Assembly: GCA_008632985.1 (NCBI GenBank)
Contig: QPGO01000125.1
Location: 124,001-188,000, forward strand
DNA: 64,000 nt
Direction: 5' to 3'
Origin: Psammoneis japonica
Taxonomy: Eukaryota
A model generated the notes under the pieces. The model searched no databases and had not been told where the DNA came from. It was given only the letters and a program-made list of their open reading frames with translations. Shown here one piece after another: positions 12,986-25,036 of the stretch. Each line of letters begins with the position of its first letter. Positions within the stretch are counted from its first letter, which is position 1. Made by a program: the position numbers and the translations under genes.

Positions 12986-12999
12986 ATGGTGCAAGGAAC

Positions 13000-15900
13000 A
13001 CGCGCACCATTGGAACCACTCGACTAAAATTCAAAACCCACTGCACACGGAGAAGGGAACCCAGACGTTGGGAAGAAACCCTCAACTCCGACACGGCACC
13101 ACACGGCGAATGTTGATTCGCTCGACAACGTGCGGTGCTCGCAGCACCGAAACAGTCCCGTTGGCATGGACTTGCACAATTCGAAACGGACCACAAGCTC
13201 GTTCTTCCAACTTCGAAGGATCCACCGACTTGATTGATGCATCTTGACCAACTAGACAATCGCAGGAATGTCACTTCGCATTCTGTCATCACAGGTTCTC
13301 GTCAATCAACACTTGTCGGTTGGCTTGTGTCGTTGCGAGATCGGAGACAACAGGCAGGTCCAAAATCACATCACGTTGAAACACCAGAGCTCCACTTGAA
13401 ACACCCGCAGACCTTGAGTGGGAGCATCGCAAAGCATGAGAGGCTGCAGCAAGGGCATCGTCCACAATCTGCTCGGCCTGTTGAACATTTAAAGGTGGGT
13501 TGGCAACAACCACAGCACGCAAGACATCAGCTGCCGTCTGGTGCATTCGTTCACAAATGGAGTTGGCTGCAGGATTTCGAGACGTCGTCGGAGCATCAGC
13601 AATGCCCGCTTGATTCAGTGACATTTGGAATTCCCAACCAATGAATTCTCCACCATTGTCATGGATGCATCAATTCGGTCTGGGACAACGAGCCAACCAA
13701 AGGTTGCGAAACTTGTTGGTCACATGCTGAGAAGTTTTGTTGTCAATGCGCACGAGTTCAGTCAATCCAGTGACAGCATCAATGCAAGTGAGAGCGCTGA
13801 ATTCAATCTCTTGATCTTGAATCGGGATCTTCCACGGTCCAATGAGATCAGCTGCCACTTCCATCCACGGAGCTAAAGGCACTTGACGTTGAGGCAACTC
13901 TCCACATCCAGGGCCTGGTTGTTTAAATCGTTGACACGCATCGCAGACAAATTCATTGCAACGTCGCCGCAATGCAGGATGACACATGTGAGTCCGAATG
14001 CTTTCATGCAATTGCACGACTCCACAATGGCCCAATGCACGATGACACCATGCAATGACATCCGGCAACAACGCAGTGGGGGTGCAAATCTTCCAGGCTC
14101 CAGGCGGATCATTCAACTGCAAACGATGACAAATCAGGGGACGATGGTTCACAATCTTGACCACAAACTGCTGCGGATTTTGTTGTCTTTGCTGGTTCAG
14201 TTGGAGGTCTTCGAACTGGAGCTGTTGGATCCTCAATGTCTCAGTGGGATTCGGCATCTCGTCCAGTGTCGGATGATTCAAAAAGCATTCAAACAATTCA
14301 GGCTCGTCGAGCAGAGAGGAAAAGACGGCGTGAGACTCATCAGAAGGAGCAACAGGAGCACGGCAACACTTGAACCTGCAAGCGCCTAACTCCAAATCTT
14401 CCTCGGCCTTGGCCTTGGAATCCAACTTTTCAAAATGAACAATTTTTCCTTTGCGTTTGCTGCTTGGCCCAAGGCTCCTCCCCTCCGAAGGCGGATCCAT
14501 GCGTGGCAGATGAGAAAAACAATCGGCGAGCACGTCATCCTTGCCTTCGACATGCTTAAACGCAGGCACAAAATCTTTGAGGAACAGGCACCAATGAAGG
14601 ACGCGCTGTGCATTCAAAGTGCGAAAGGTGAGATTTTTGTGATCAGTGTGAACAGTGATGTCAGCACCGAGCAGCATCAAGCGAAATTCTCTGAAGCACA
14701 TGACGACGGCCAGTGGTTCCTTTTCCATTGTCGAACAGTTTCGTTGAGCCGTCAAAAGCTTTTTAGACCAACGCGCCACCGGTTTGCCATCTTGAATGAC
14801 AGCGGCGCCCATCTGGCAGTCTGATGCATCGGTGCAAACATGGAATGGCAGGTTGTGGTCAGGGCAGGCCATCAATGCTTCCACCGTGATTGCTGCTTTC
14901 ATTTCATCGAACACTTTCTGACATGATTCCGTCCATTGGAACTGACTTTTGCCTGTCAATTCAGTCAGAGGTGCAAGCAGGTGAGAACGGCGAGGCCACA
15001 TGTTGCGACAACAAGTTGCTGCACCGAGAAACGATCTGAGTTGAGCAGTGTTCTGTGGAGGTTGCATTCGTGGAATCACTTCGACCTTTTTCTTCCACGG
15101 TTTAACACCAGTCGGAGCAAGCCAATGCCCCAAGAAATCGGTTTCTTGAACACACCACTCGCATTTCAATGGATTGGCTTTCAAACCATTCTCTTCGAGA
15201 CGATGTGGCACCTTGTCAAGACGAGAGAGATGGCAATCAAAGTCAGCATCAAACGCTCCAATGTCATCAACATAAGTTTCGACATCCAAACCATGAAGAA
15301 TCTTTTCAACAATGGACTGAGCAACATCTGGAGCTGGCTTCAATCCCACAGCCATGCGACAGCACTGAAACTTTCCGCAGGGAGTTGCAATCGTGGCGAG
15401 CTCTTTGCTTTCATCGTCCAATTCCAAATTGCAGTAGAACACAGTGAGATCCAATTTCGTGAAGAATTTGTAGCCCGCTCTTCGTTGCAGCACATCTTGA
15501 ATGACCGGCAGAGGACAACCCATCGCACTCGACCGTCCTTCTTCGGAGTGACAAAAGTGCCAGCTGCCCATTCCGCAGGTCCACATGGTCGCAGCACGCC
15601 GAGATTCACCAAGTGCTTCAATTCCTTTTTGAATGCTTCTTCATTAACTCGAGCAACAGGAAACGGTTTTGAGTGACAAGGAACAGCGTTTTCATCCACT
15701 TCAAGGTGCACCTTTTCATGAGGACAGTGGCCCAACGTTCCGTCAAACAAGGTCGAATGCTTTTCCAACACCGCTGGCAGTTTCTTCTTTTGTTCTTCCG
15801 TGAGATGGTCCAGATTCCGAACTGCCTCCGCCGGATCCATTGCTTCATGCTTGGCATCGAGCACACAGGTGTCGCATCCGTCGTCGCATCCGTGGTCTGA

Positions 15901-16605
15901 CTCGTCTTCATGATCTTCATCAAATTCATCCATTCGGTCTAAAGCAACACACCAATTGCAGGACTTGGACCAATGACGAGGCTCCTTCATTGGAATTACA
16001 CGGTCTAACCAACGCAGTGTTCTTGTGTCACAGTTCAAATTGAGGCCAATCTTGTCCAAGAAATCTCGACCCAAAATGACATCATGCGCACACGGAGCAT
16101 CGAACACGTGAGCCACACAGCCGTCAATCCTCTTGGTCTTGTCGAATTCCGGCAACGCAATGTCGCTCAGGGCCACCCAACGACCCGACTGGAAAGGACC
16201 TGCAATGGTTTGAAAAGCTTGGACTCCATGTTCGTCAATGGATGGCACGGCTCCTCGAGGTAAAACTTGAGACGAGATCACAGTGTGAGAACCACCTGAG
16301 TCAAACAAGACACGCATCACACGATTCGACTCATGCCGTTGGATCAATTTTGTAACAAGCAGTGCAGATGGGACCAACGCAGCATGCGAGACTTGCGATT
16401 TCATTTTGGGGAGAGGAATGTGACACTCAAACGCATCTTGATCGAACACGTCCCCCTCTTCATTCATGTAATTTTCTGCAGTGTTTTCAAATTCAACAGG
16501 TGACAATTCGTCAGGATTTTCAAAACAGTCAAAAACAAAACATTCATCATTTCTTTCAGGTAAAACACAATCATTTTCATCAACAAATGCTTCTCTCACA
16601 GGCAA
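13000..16605 (-). pseudogene. pol: Gypsy pol (protease, RT, RNase H, integrase), disrupted
   Basis: VLFDSGGSHT protease. PKKDGRVRWV, FTKLDL and YVDD for RT, with a short deletion after RVRWV. TDASD and TDHKNL for RNase H. HHCC zinc finger, DLIGPW, DNGGEF and NSICERMHQ for integrase. Many Tyr->Cys/His changes and several frame breaks. Confidence 0.93.
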
Positions 16606-16710
16606 TTGGGAGCATTCAGCTCCGGAGCATTCAGCTCCTTCTTCTCAGAACTGCCGAGGAAACTGCCGATCTGGCTGAAACCTCGCCACACCTCCACAAC
16701 GTGGAGGGCC

Positions 16711-17900
16711 TCATCCGATCATGTCGAAATGGTGCACGTCACCACGAGGAGCTTCTCGAGCCTGGTTGTCATTGTTCACATTGTCTGCTTGAGCAGCATG
16801 TCCGTCAGCCTGACCTTGGCCTCCACGGTTGTTGTTTTCATTGCAATGATGCTGACCACCACCTTGGTTGCCATTGTTGTTTTGGTGTCCATTGTTGTCA
16901 TTGTTGTCATGACAGGTGCCACGACCTCCTTGGTTCTGGTCACCACGACCACCAAAGCGTCCACCACCTCCACGGCCTTGTCCACGGCCTCCTTGGAAAT
17001 GACCTCCGCCTCGACCTCCACCGCCACGGCCTCCACCTCGACCGCCACGGTTTTGAGGCCCACGACAGTTGGGATTGTTTGGATTGTCATGACACTGGCC
17101 CCACGCATGCCTTCCATGGTGCCACGGGACCGGACACGGGTCATTCGCCTTTGGTTGGCCCTTGCCATCCTTCTTGTCTCGGTCGCCCTTTTTGTCACTG
17201 GAGTTCCCTCCATTGCCATTGTTGGACTTGCGTTTCTTGTTGTCCTGACCATCGGCGAATGCCTTCTCATTGCTCATGCAGGCTTGGATGTCCACCATCG
17301 AGTTCGTAACAAGGTTCTTGCCCGCACGAATGCAAGACTGCTGCCAGGTCAAAGGGAAGGTGCAGAAGATGACACTTTTCTGCTCCTGCTCTGTAAGTTC
17401 AGGAACGGTTCCAGGCAAACGGTTGGTGTGACGAAACAACGTTTCCGTGTGATCAATGTGTGTTTCCGATTCCGCTGAACAAGGCTTTTTGCAAGTGGGC
17501 AAATGCATCTTCATTGTGTCGCGAGCTGTTGGTTTCACGCAGCGCAAATGATGAGCTGAGATGGCCTGATTAAATCGAGCCACCATCCATTGATTCTGTT
17601 GGACACCCGTGGTGACATTTTGCCATTTCGCCTCTGCAGCACCTTGAAGGCGATCCTTGAAAGCATCAAATAATTCTGGTCCGGTGTCACAGTCGAGCTG
17701 TCTTGCCACCTTCCGGAGCCTGTCCTCCACGTGCAACAATGACTCAATTCCATGCTCTCCTGTAAAAATGGGACACATTTTCGAAAGTTTAGCACCATCA
17801 TCAAAGGTTTGAGCGAGCTTCACTTCCTGCAATTCTGAATCCATGAATTTGGTCTTATGCTCAATGAACGCTTTCTCCAAGGTTTCTTGACACATGGCGA
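16711..17900 (-). pseudogene. gag: Gypsy gag-like ORF
   Basis: Upstream of pol in the same orientation. CPVPWHHGRHAWGQC knuckle-like motif followed by RGG-rich and Asn/Gly-rich tail. Start uncertain. Confidence 0.75.
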
Positions 17901-18220
17901 TGAACAATTTCAGCGACCAAACAATCAACAATCCACAAGATGAACGAAACAAAGTGCTCCCAATTGATCCACACAACGAGAACAATCAACAACCAAACAA
18001 GAACAAATTCAATGGCAGCAACACGAGCTTCGAGTTCAAACAAGCGCTGCTCTGAATCGCCAATTTCACGAGCACAACTGCGCGGCGATTCTGATCGACT
18101 TCAAATGAAATTTTCTGCACGCGCTCGCAAATGGATTTTCTCTCTTCTCGATGACACTCTTCGCGTTGTCATGAAACTGACAATGCAATGAACAAGCCAC
18201 AACAACGACTGCAATTACAG

Positions 18221-18395
18221 TGCAAGATCCAGCTTGAGATGACTTGACAAAAGTTGTGGGAGAACCGAGGAGAGACCCCATCATCGCTGATGCAGCCCAA
18301 ACCCAACGGTTTCCCGCATGTCCAATGCGTTAGTTAACATGCATGTGTCAGAGAGGGCACACTCGGTCATAGAGCACATGTGCCCATCTCATTCA
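18221..18395 (-). repeat. 5' LTR (175 bp)
   Basis: Second copy of the LTR, followed on + strand by TSD CTAAT. Confidence 0.96.
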
Positions 18396-19552
18396 CTAAT
18401 TCCTTGAGACATTGTCATTTCATGATGTGGTGTGACATTCATGATTTTACTTGAGGGGGGTCATCCCCGCGTTTATCCTAAAATTACCGTTGCATTTGAA
18501 CAAGGTTTTTCACAGTGTTTATTTTTGAACACAAGAATTGTTCATAGTCACACCCGATCGCGCACGAAAACGAGAACCATCAGCACCGCGACCGAAGCAC
18601 GACGATGATGACAATCATCGACATTTCTCAAAAACGTAGTTTGCCGTCTACCAACTTTTCATGTGCACACAATCTTTGTTACATGACAAACACAAAATAA
18701 ATAAGAGTTGGTAGACGGACCACCTCCGTCACAGACTTATGGCTTGTTGTTTTCACCACGGTGAAGCACGGTGAAATTCAGGAAAAATCATGCAAAACAC
18801 GAGCTATTCGGCCGAATTCGAGCTAAAAAAAGTAGCAACCGACCACCCTTAAAATTTATAATATGAAACCCATAGTCTACTCGTGAATACCGGTATAAAT
18901 GCAGTACCGGTACATACAATGCGACGTGCGTATGTACTTACTTGTACTGAATGTACAGTACAGTAGCTCTGTGACATTCCGATTAAACTATTTTTAAGCC
19001 CTCAATACAGACATTCTCCACCCAATCACATCAGCCTCGCGTCGGAACTCGAAAGGGGAAAGCTCCCTCTAAATCTAGGTAACTCTACTATCTAGTCGTC
19101 GCTATCTCTAGCTAGAAAGTAAGAGCGGACTAGGTGCCGTAGACTACAAGTTGCCCGAGGCCACAATCTGCTACTGTACAGAGACAATCCTTGGGTTCCT
19201 TTCTACTGTACCGTAAAATATTTACTCGTTGGATAGAGGTTGGTCGACAATACGAGAGGGCATCCAACCCGGCCTGGTCCTATGACTAGATCGGGAGGCC
19301 GTATCCTCTCTAGGCCCTCAAAAGCCTAGCTACTCTAGTGTGGGTGGGGACTTTAAGCGGCCAGAAAAACACTCCACGAAAAGGATTAAGTGTCACTCTC
19401 TAGGAAACAAGCCGTTGAACTTTCATTAGATCTCTCCGGCGGTTACTCAAGCAGAAGGAAAGCGACGCAAACGACTCTTTGCTCCTTTCCTCAAAATGGT
19501 GGTTAAACTAGTTACTGCCCCTCCTCCTCTAGATTTCAGCATCAGTGTGCTT

Positions 19553-21229
19553 CTATTTTTGAGAAATAACAGCCGCTACAGGAAAAGGTTCCCGTTTGCT
19601 CAACACCAACACCCGCTTGGAATGCGAAATGTATCCCCGCACGTAGCCCCTAAATATCAAATTGGCTAGGATGCACTCGACCTCGTCCAAATCAATCGGC
19701 ATTCCAAGCCACTTGAACGACGTGGCAACCTGTCCGAGAGGAATCTGATGAGCCCCTGTAATTAGATGCACACGTTTGAATAGATTGCGATAACAAACTG
19801 TTTTGCATTTTTCCAGCAGAAGGTAGGTTCCTTGCCTATAGAGTTGAAACAAATTGTCGGATCACAACGAAAAGACTGAGTACAGGCGAAGCAGGGAAAT
19901 AATCAGTGAAACAGCATACATTCGAAGCACACTTACCGGATGAACAGATCTTGATACTTGACGAGCCCATCGTTGAAGGTTCGTAGATCTCCTTTTCGGA
20001 TCCCTTCTACAAGAGGGACGAATTCATTCAATTCGTACTTTTCCAGCACTGTGCGGGGTAAAGAGAGAATTGGATAAGTCAGCGAAGCTTCTCGAAATCA
20101 CAAAGAAATCACAAACGCTCCGTTAACATACATTTCTGTGTCGGTAATCGGCCTCGTAAGAGCTTGACGGGGACCAAGTACTTCAGGATGCAACGCTTGT
20201 TGTGAGTGGCCTTGGCATGACAATGTTGCAAAGCGTAGCTCAAGTTGGATTCGGCTTCCTTATATTGGTCTTCAAACATGTTGAGACGACCTGCATAATA
20301 CCGAAACGTTACCATTTCACCCATGGAACCAACTTTGTGCAGATTGCGAGATTCAACAGGTCTATAAGGAAGGAGAAATTGATTGGGTTAGATGACGTAC
20401 GCTACTCTTGGAGAGCAATCATTTGGAATGTTGTGTTCTTAGCTTGCCTCAAGAGATTCTTGCAGAGACGTAGCGTGTTTAACCGAAAGTAAGCCGAAAA
20501 GAGTTGGTTGACAATAAACAACACTCCCGCCTTTTTAGAGCCTTCTTCATCCAGCGGAGCATCTGGCTGTAAGTGTGTCAAATGAGCGACAAATACGCGA
20601 GGTCGGCTTTCGTCAAACCACGCAAAGGGTGAGGCGAGAGTTCTACGTTTTGCTCACCTGATATTCTGTACGATCGTTGAGAGTTTTACTGAAGCTTTCT
20701 TGCAACACCGTGACAGCACTCTGAAGCTTGGCTTGGTCGTTGTGACGGCTTTCCTTTGCTTGTTGAGCATCGGCGAGAATGGCAATTTTGTGAGAATTGC
20801 GACACACAACCTCGAGTGCTGGCACCATCCAGTTTCCCGAGCTCGATCCAAACAGGCTGTTGAACGAGGAATGCAAAGTCGACTGGGCTTCGTAGCATTT
20901 GATTGCATCACCCTGCATATTCATGAATCAAGCAATTTAAAGAGGAGTGGGATAAGAGAATTGCGCAACAGCAACACGCACCAGGTTGTAGGTGTCACTC
21001 CAGAGCACACACTTACGGCTGAGGCTGCGAGGTTTGCTTCCAACCACGCCGACAAAACACTGCCCCATTCACCCCCTTCGATTTGAAGAGACTCTTGAAA
21101 CTTGCGAACCTTGTTAGAGGATGAGTGAGAAGACAGTACAGGCGGCAGTTCCAAGGCAGTCGCAAGCTGGTAAGGGTTGTGTGAGCTGAGCGCTGCCTGA
21201 AGCTCTTTCCGTTTCGTTCGCGTATCCAT
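19553..21229 (-). CDS. PCID2: PCI-domain-containing protein 2 (PCID2/Thp1/CSN12-like), multi-exon
   Basis: VTFRYYAGRLNMFED, ILKYLVPVKLLRG, GTYLLLEKCK, DEVECILANLIFRGYVRGYISHSKRVLVLSK, spread over ~6 exons with GT-AG boundaries. Confidence 0.9.
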
Positions 21230-22081
21230 GAGTTTGTCTTTTTTACTTATGAGGCAGAGAATGATGCACTTGAGAAAAACTCTCGACTGTCTTTATTATT
21301 TGTGTTAGCAACACGAACGACAGATTGATGACATGTACATCCATCGACGACGGCAACAGCAACAATGGGCTTTGAAGTCAAAGGCGCGATCTTTTACGAT
21401 CAATCTAAATGTACAAATCTGAATACTAACATACTGTAGCTTGTACGCGACACGTGTGGGATCTTTTCATTTAGAGTTAGGGATACATGTTTTGTTACGG
21501 TACAGAATTGCCGCTGTTGCCAGCATTCTCTCTCCACTCTACTCTAGAGTCGGAAAAGGCAACCTCTTAGTTCCGTTATTATATGTTTTCACCTTCTACC
21601 TAGCGTCTCCTTCTTCCAGGTTGTCAATGAAATCATAGTTCATTATCGAGAATGCGAAAGGGCGACTCATTGGGATTTGACTATCGGACCAGTTCATACT
21701 GTCCAGTCTTCCTGGCGCACGCTCAACTACTCCAGCGATTCGTCACTCCTCCGTGTGAGGAAATGTATGGCATTCGTTGACGCGTTTCATGCTTCTGATG
21801 GGATCATCAGTCTGTGTAATAGAGTATTGCCAAGCAAAACATGAGGACCAACCGGTGGTTGAAGAGTTCGCAGTCAAACACTGGGTTCCAACATTGCATT
21901 CAAGCACGAATCGGAGGCTATGAGTGTAGTCTATCTTGATTTATAACATACCGAGGGTGGTGAAAAGCTTTTGCCAACACGCAGAAGATGCTCTGCAGAG
22001 TGAGCAGAAAAGGTAAGTCGCTCGCACCGTACAATTGGTGCACGCAGCGGAGTGAGTTCATAGCACGCTCAACATATGATG

Positions 22082-24679
22082 TCACAGTTTTGACCATTCA
22101 AACCCAAGTGCATTGAGCAGCTGTTGTCGCTCAGGAGCAAGCTTTCCCCTCCTATACTTGACGCGTTGCTGGTCGACCCATCGACCTAGCTTGGGATCGT
22201 CCTCAAACCTACGAGGCACGGAGCAGCTACCATGAGTTTCTCTATATCGAACCTTTGGAGAAAGCCAAAAGCACCGCTATGTGAGGACATAATATACTCG
22301 AGCAAGGGATGAGCTACGCAAAGAGCACCATCAAACCGTGTCTTACCAATCTATCATACATATCCTTCCACATTTGTTCCTGGGGGAACCACGCGAATTC
22401 AATAGCATCAAGAAGCCTGCGTCGTTCATTGTAAAGAGCGTTGTTTGGGCTCCTGGCGATTTGATCTCGTCTTTGGCTTTGAACCCATTCACCTACGAGA
22501 AATTTGATATTCAAAAAAGGAAGGTATAGATCAAAGTTGTCAGAATTGAGGTCAATAGGTACACTGTTCACAGTTTCGCTTCTACCGACTGACTTCGTCG
22601 CGTCGCTTCTTCCAACGACAAGTACACTCACCAAGGCGTGGGTCCTTCTTGTATTTTTGCGGGACGAGGCAGTTACCATGCTTTGCTTTATATTGGCAGA
22701 GGCGTTCGTACATGGAATCCCATGGTTCTTGATGTTTCACCCTCCAAACAAAACCAACGCTGTCAAGCTTCGCTTTTCGTTCGTCGGAAATAGGGTCTCG
22801 TCGATGACGCTGATTTGTTACCCAACGTCCCAACTGGGGATCATCTGTAGATTTACATGAAATGCAGAGAAGGCAAAGAAACAAAAACATATAAGACTGC
22901 GATGGAAGAGAGATCGAGACGCAACTTAAGTGCATGTGACGTGAACAACAACACGAGAAAGCCGCCAAACCGGTTTTGCATGAGCAGAGAAGCGGCATTC
23001 TACGACTCTTGTGGTTGCGCCAGGATGAGTCAGACACGGAAAGCGCGTCTACTATCATTACCTTTGTAGTGCGTTGGCACCAGGCAATTTCCATGCTTTC
23101 TCTTGAATATGAGCAATCGCTCAAACATCTCATCCCATGTGCTCTGACTTCTAGGTTCACCAGGTATGTACCGCGTGTACCGTCGCAGAGGAGTTTTTGT
23201 CGTTACGGGTGAGTTGTGTCGTCCCAGTGACAACGAATGCGCTGGTAGCTCATCCTCTGCATCATCAAATATCGAGGAATCACCGTCATAGTTGTATTGA
23301 GATTCCCAGCCGGACGGATGATGGACGCCGTCGTCCTGATCATGGCTTCTAGTGTTAGCAGCACGAGCCATGATGGTGCCACTGCTCTGCTGACCCAGAT
23401 ACTGATAGCCGTGACGCTGCTGGGTGCCTGGCAGCAGCTGCAGCTCTTCAGATCGTGCTGCGGTTGCCACTGCTAGATCGGGCGTCCATTGACTTGAGGG
23501 TGGTGGTGCTTGTACAGCGCCTCCCGAAGATATCATAGCGATATCACTTGTGTAATATTCGTTTGGATGAAGTGGGCTCCTCATTGCCCTCGTCCTGCTA
23601 CTTATTGGTTTTGTACGTTTTCTGTCCCCGCGCGACGTATCATCTTCCTGAGGATCTCGTATTGATGGCTGTCCTCGCGCCACCCGAGCCGATAAATGAT
23701 TACCACCAGTGGCGTCCAGCATTGTACCAGATGACAAGAGCCACTGAGCATGAGGAGTCAATGCCGGCTTTTTTGTTGCTATTTGTTGTGTTCGTGGCAA
23801 CGCTGCTACTCCTTGAGCTGGTTGTTCTTGTTGGCTTTCTATGCCTTTGGTGCCTGCATCTGCTCGTGTAATACTACTAGATTGTGGCGTTTTCTTCATG
23901 CTGCCGCTTTCTCCGACAGTAGTGCCAACACTACCGCTAGTTGCTGCAACTGTACTGGTAGAGTTGTTAGGAACGGCAGCAGGAGGAAGAATCATCCTGG
24001 TGCTGTTGTTGTGCTGCTGGCGTCCTTGTTGGCGATTCATGTTTTCCATAGCAGCGGCCCAGAAGAGGGCAGAAGGAGATAGAATAGCAGTGGCAGGCGT
24101 CACAGTAGGCTGTACTGTTGGTAGACGCCGTGCAGCTGCGGGGCGGGAAGCAATAGCAGGAGGAATAAGAGGAGGCGGGGCCGTCATTATCGGGCGTGAA
24201 AAGGATTGAGGAGGAGGAGCAGGCAGGAGGCGGGCTGATGAAGGAGGAGGGATTAGATGATCTAGAAGACCACCACTTTGACTGTTTCTGGTATTGGTAC
24301 TCGAGACATTCGTCCATCCAAGGTTCCCTTGAGGCTGAGTTAAGCGGGATGCTGCCGAGGAGGCTGAGGAGGAAGAAGGAGGAAGATTCAACACAATCGG
24401 AGGACCGATGATGCATCCCGGCGGTGGGACGAAACCACCGCATCTTGCTTGAAGAAGTTGCCTTTGATTGATATCAGGAGCTGCTGAAGTCGGTATGACA
24501 GAACCAGGTCGCCGTTGCTGCGAATAAATAGCTCCGCTAGCCACATTGAATATAGCTGGTGGAGGCGACAGATTACTAGCAGCATCATTGCGGTTGCAGT
24601 CATCATTGTCGTGAGCAGCAGCACCATAAAGTCGAGCTCTTGTTGTAGAGGGGAGCTTATTCCTTCCTTCTTGCTTCAT
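22082..24679 (-). CDS. Helicase-associated (HA) repeat protein with long Pro/Gln/Ser-rich N-terminus, multi-exon
   Basis: Repeated W..M(F/Y)ERL..(F/Y)K..HGNCLVP...DP.LG.WV..QR......R...L..(L/V)GF.W motifs. Last exon VRYRETHGSCSVPRRFEDDPKLGRWVDQQR...GFEWSKL stops at 22082. Confidence 0.85.
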
Positions 24680-25036
24680 AGTTGCTATGACATGAGACAA
24701 AGAGGCAGGACGCCTTATATGGTTTCGTTGATGAAACAAATAGGCGGATAAGGTATTTTAGAGTAGAAGATAACAACGCGTCGCGAATAAATGCAAGACA
24801 GCAAAATGAGAAGGGCGTCGGAGAAACAGCATTTATTGAAGTATATACAAACGAATAGTAATTAACCTTGCCGTTGATATTAAGATTAGAACGACCATAA
24901 GTAACACATGGAAGGCCTTGATGTTTTTGTCGAAATAGCCTTTTGCCGGCACGCACGACGGTACTGTGAAAATTTTAGTTGTAGTCAGACTACGCTATAT
25001 ACTGTAGGGCTAGGGATGACAAAAACGAAAAGCAAG

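Larger units (their letters stand above)
12799..18395 (-). mobile_element. Full-length Ty3/Gypsy LTR retrotransposon, inactivated by TpA hypermutation
   Basis: Direct repeats TG...CA at 12799-12973 and 18221-18395. 5-bp TSD CTAAT at 12794-12798 and 18396-18400. PPT next to the 3' LTR. gag then PR-RT-RH-INT order on the minus strand. Confidence 0.96.

Noticed and set aside
16362..17478. Long + strand ORFs (315 aa and 290 aa, hydrophobic or His-rich)
   Set aside because: They are antisense shadows of the low-complexity gag tail, kept open by the loss of stop codons.
12799..18395. Classical RIP or plain CpG deamination as the explanation of the LTR-element pattern
   Set aside because: Both are C->T processes. 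RIP would enrich TpA and create stops, whereas here TpA is lost, CpGs persist and Tyr becomes Cys/His.
12799..18395. ADAR-type RNA editing or RT error before integration
   Set aside because: This would be strand-biased and leave the two LTRs identical. Both TA->TG and TA->CA occur and the LTRs differ.
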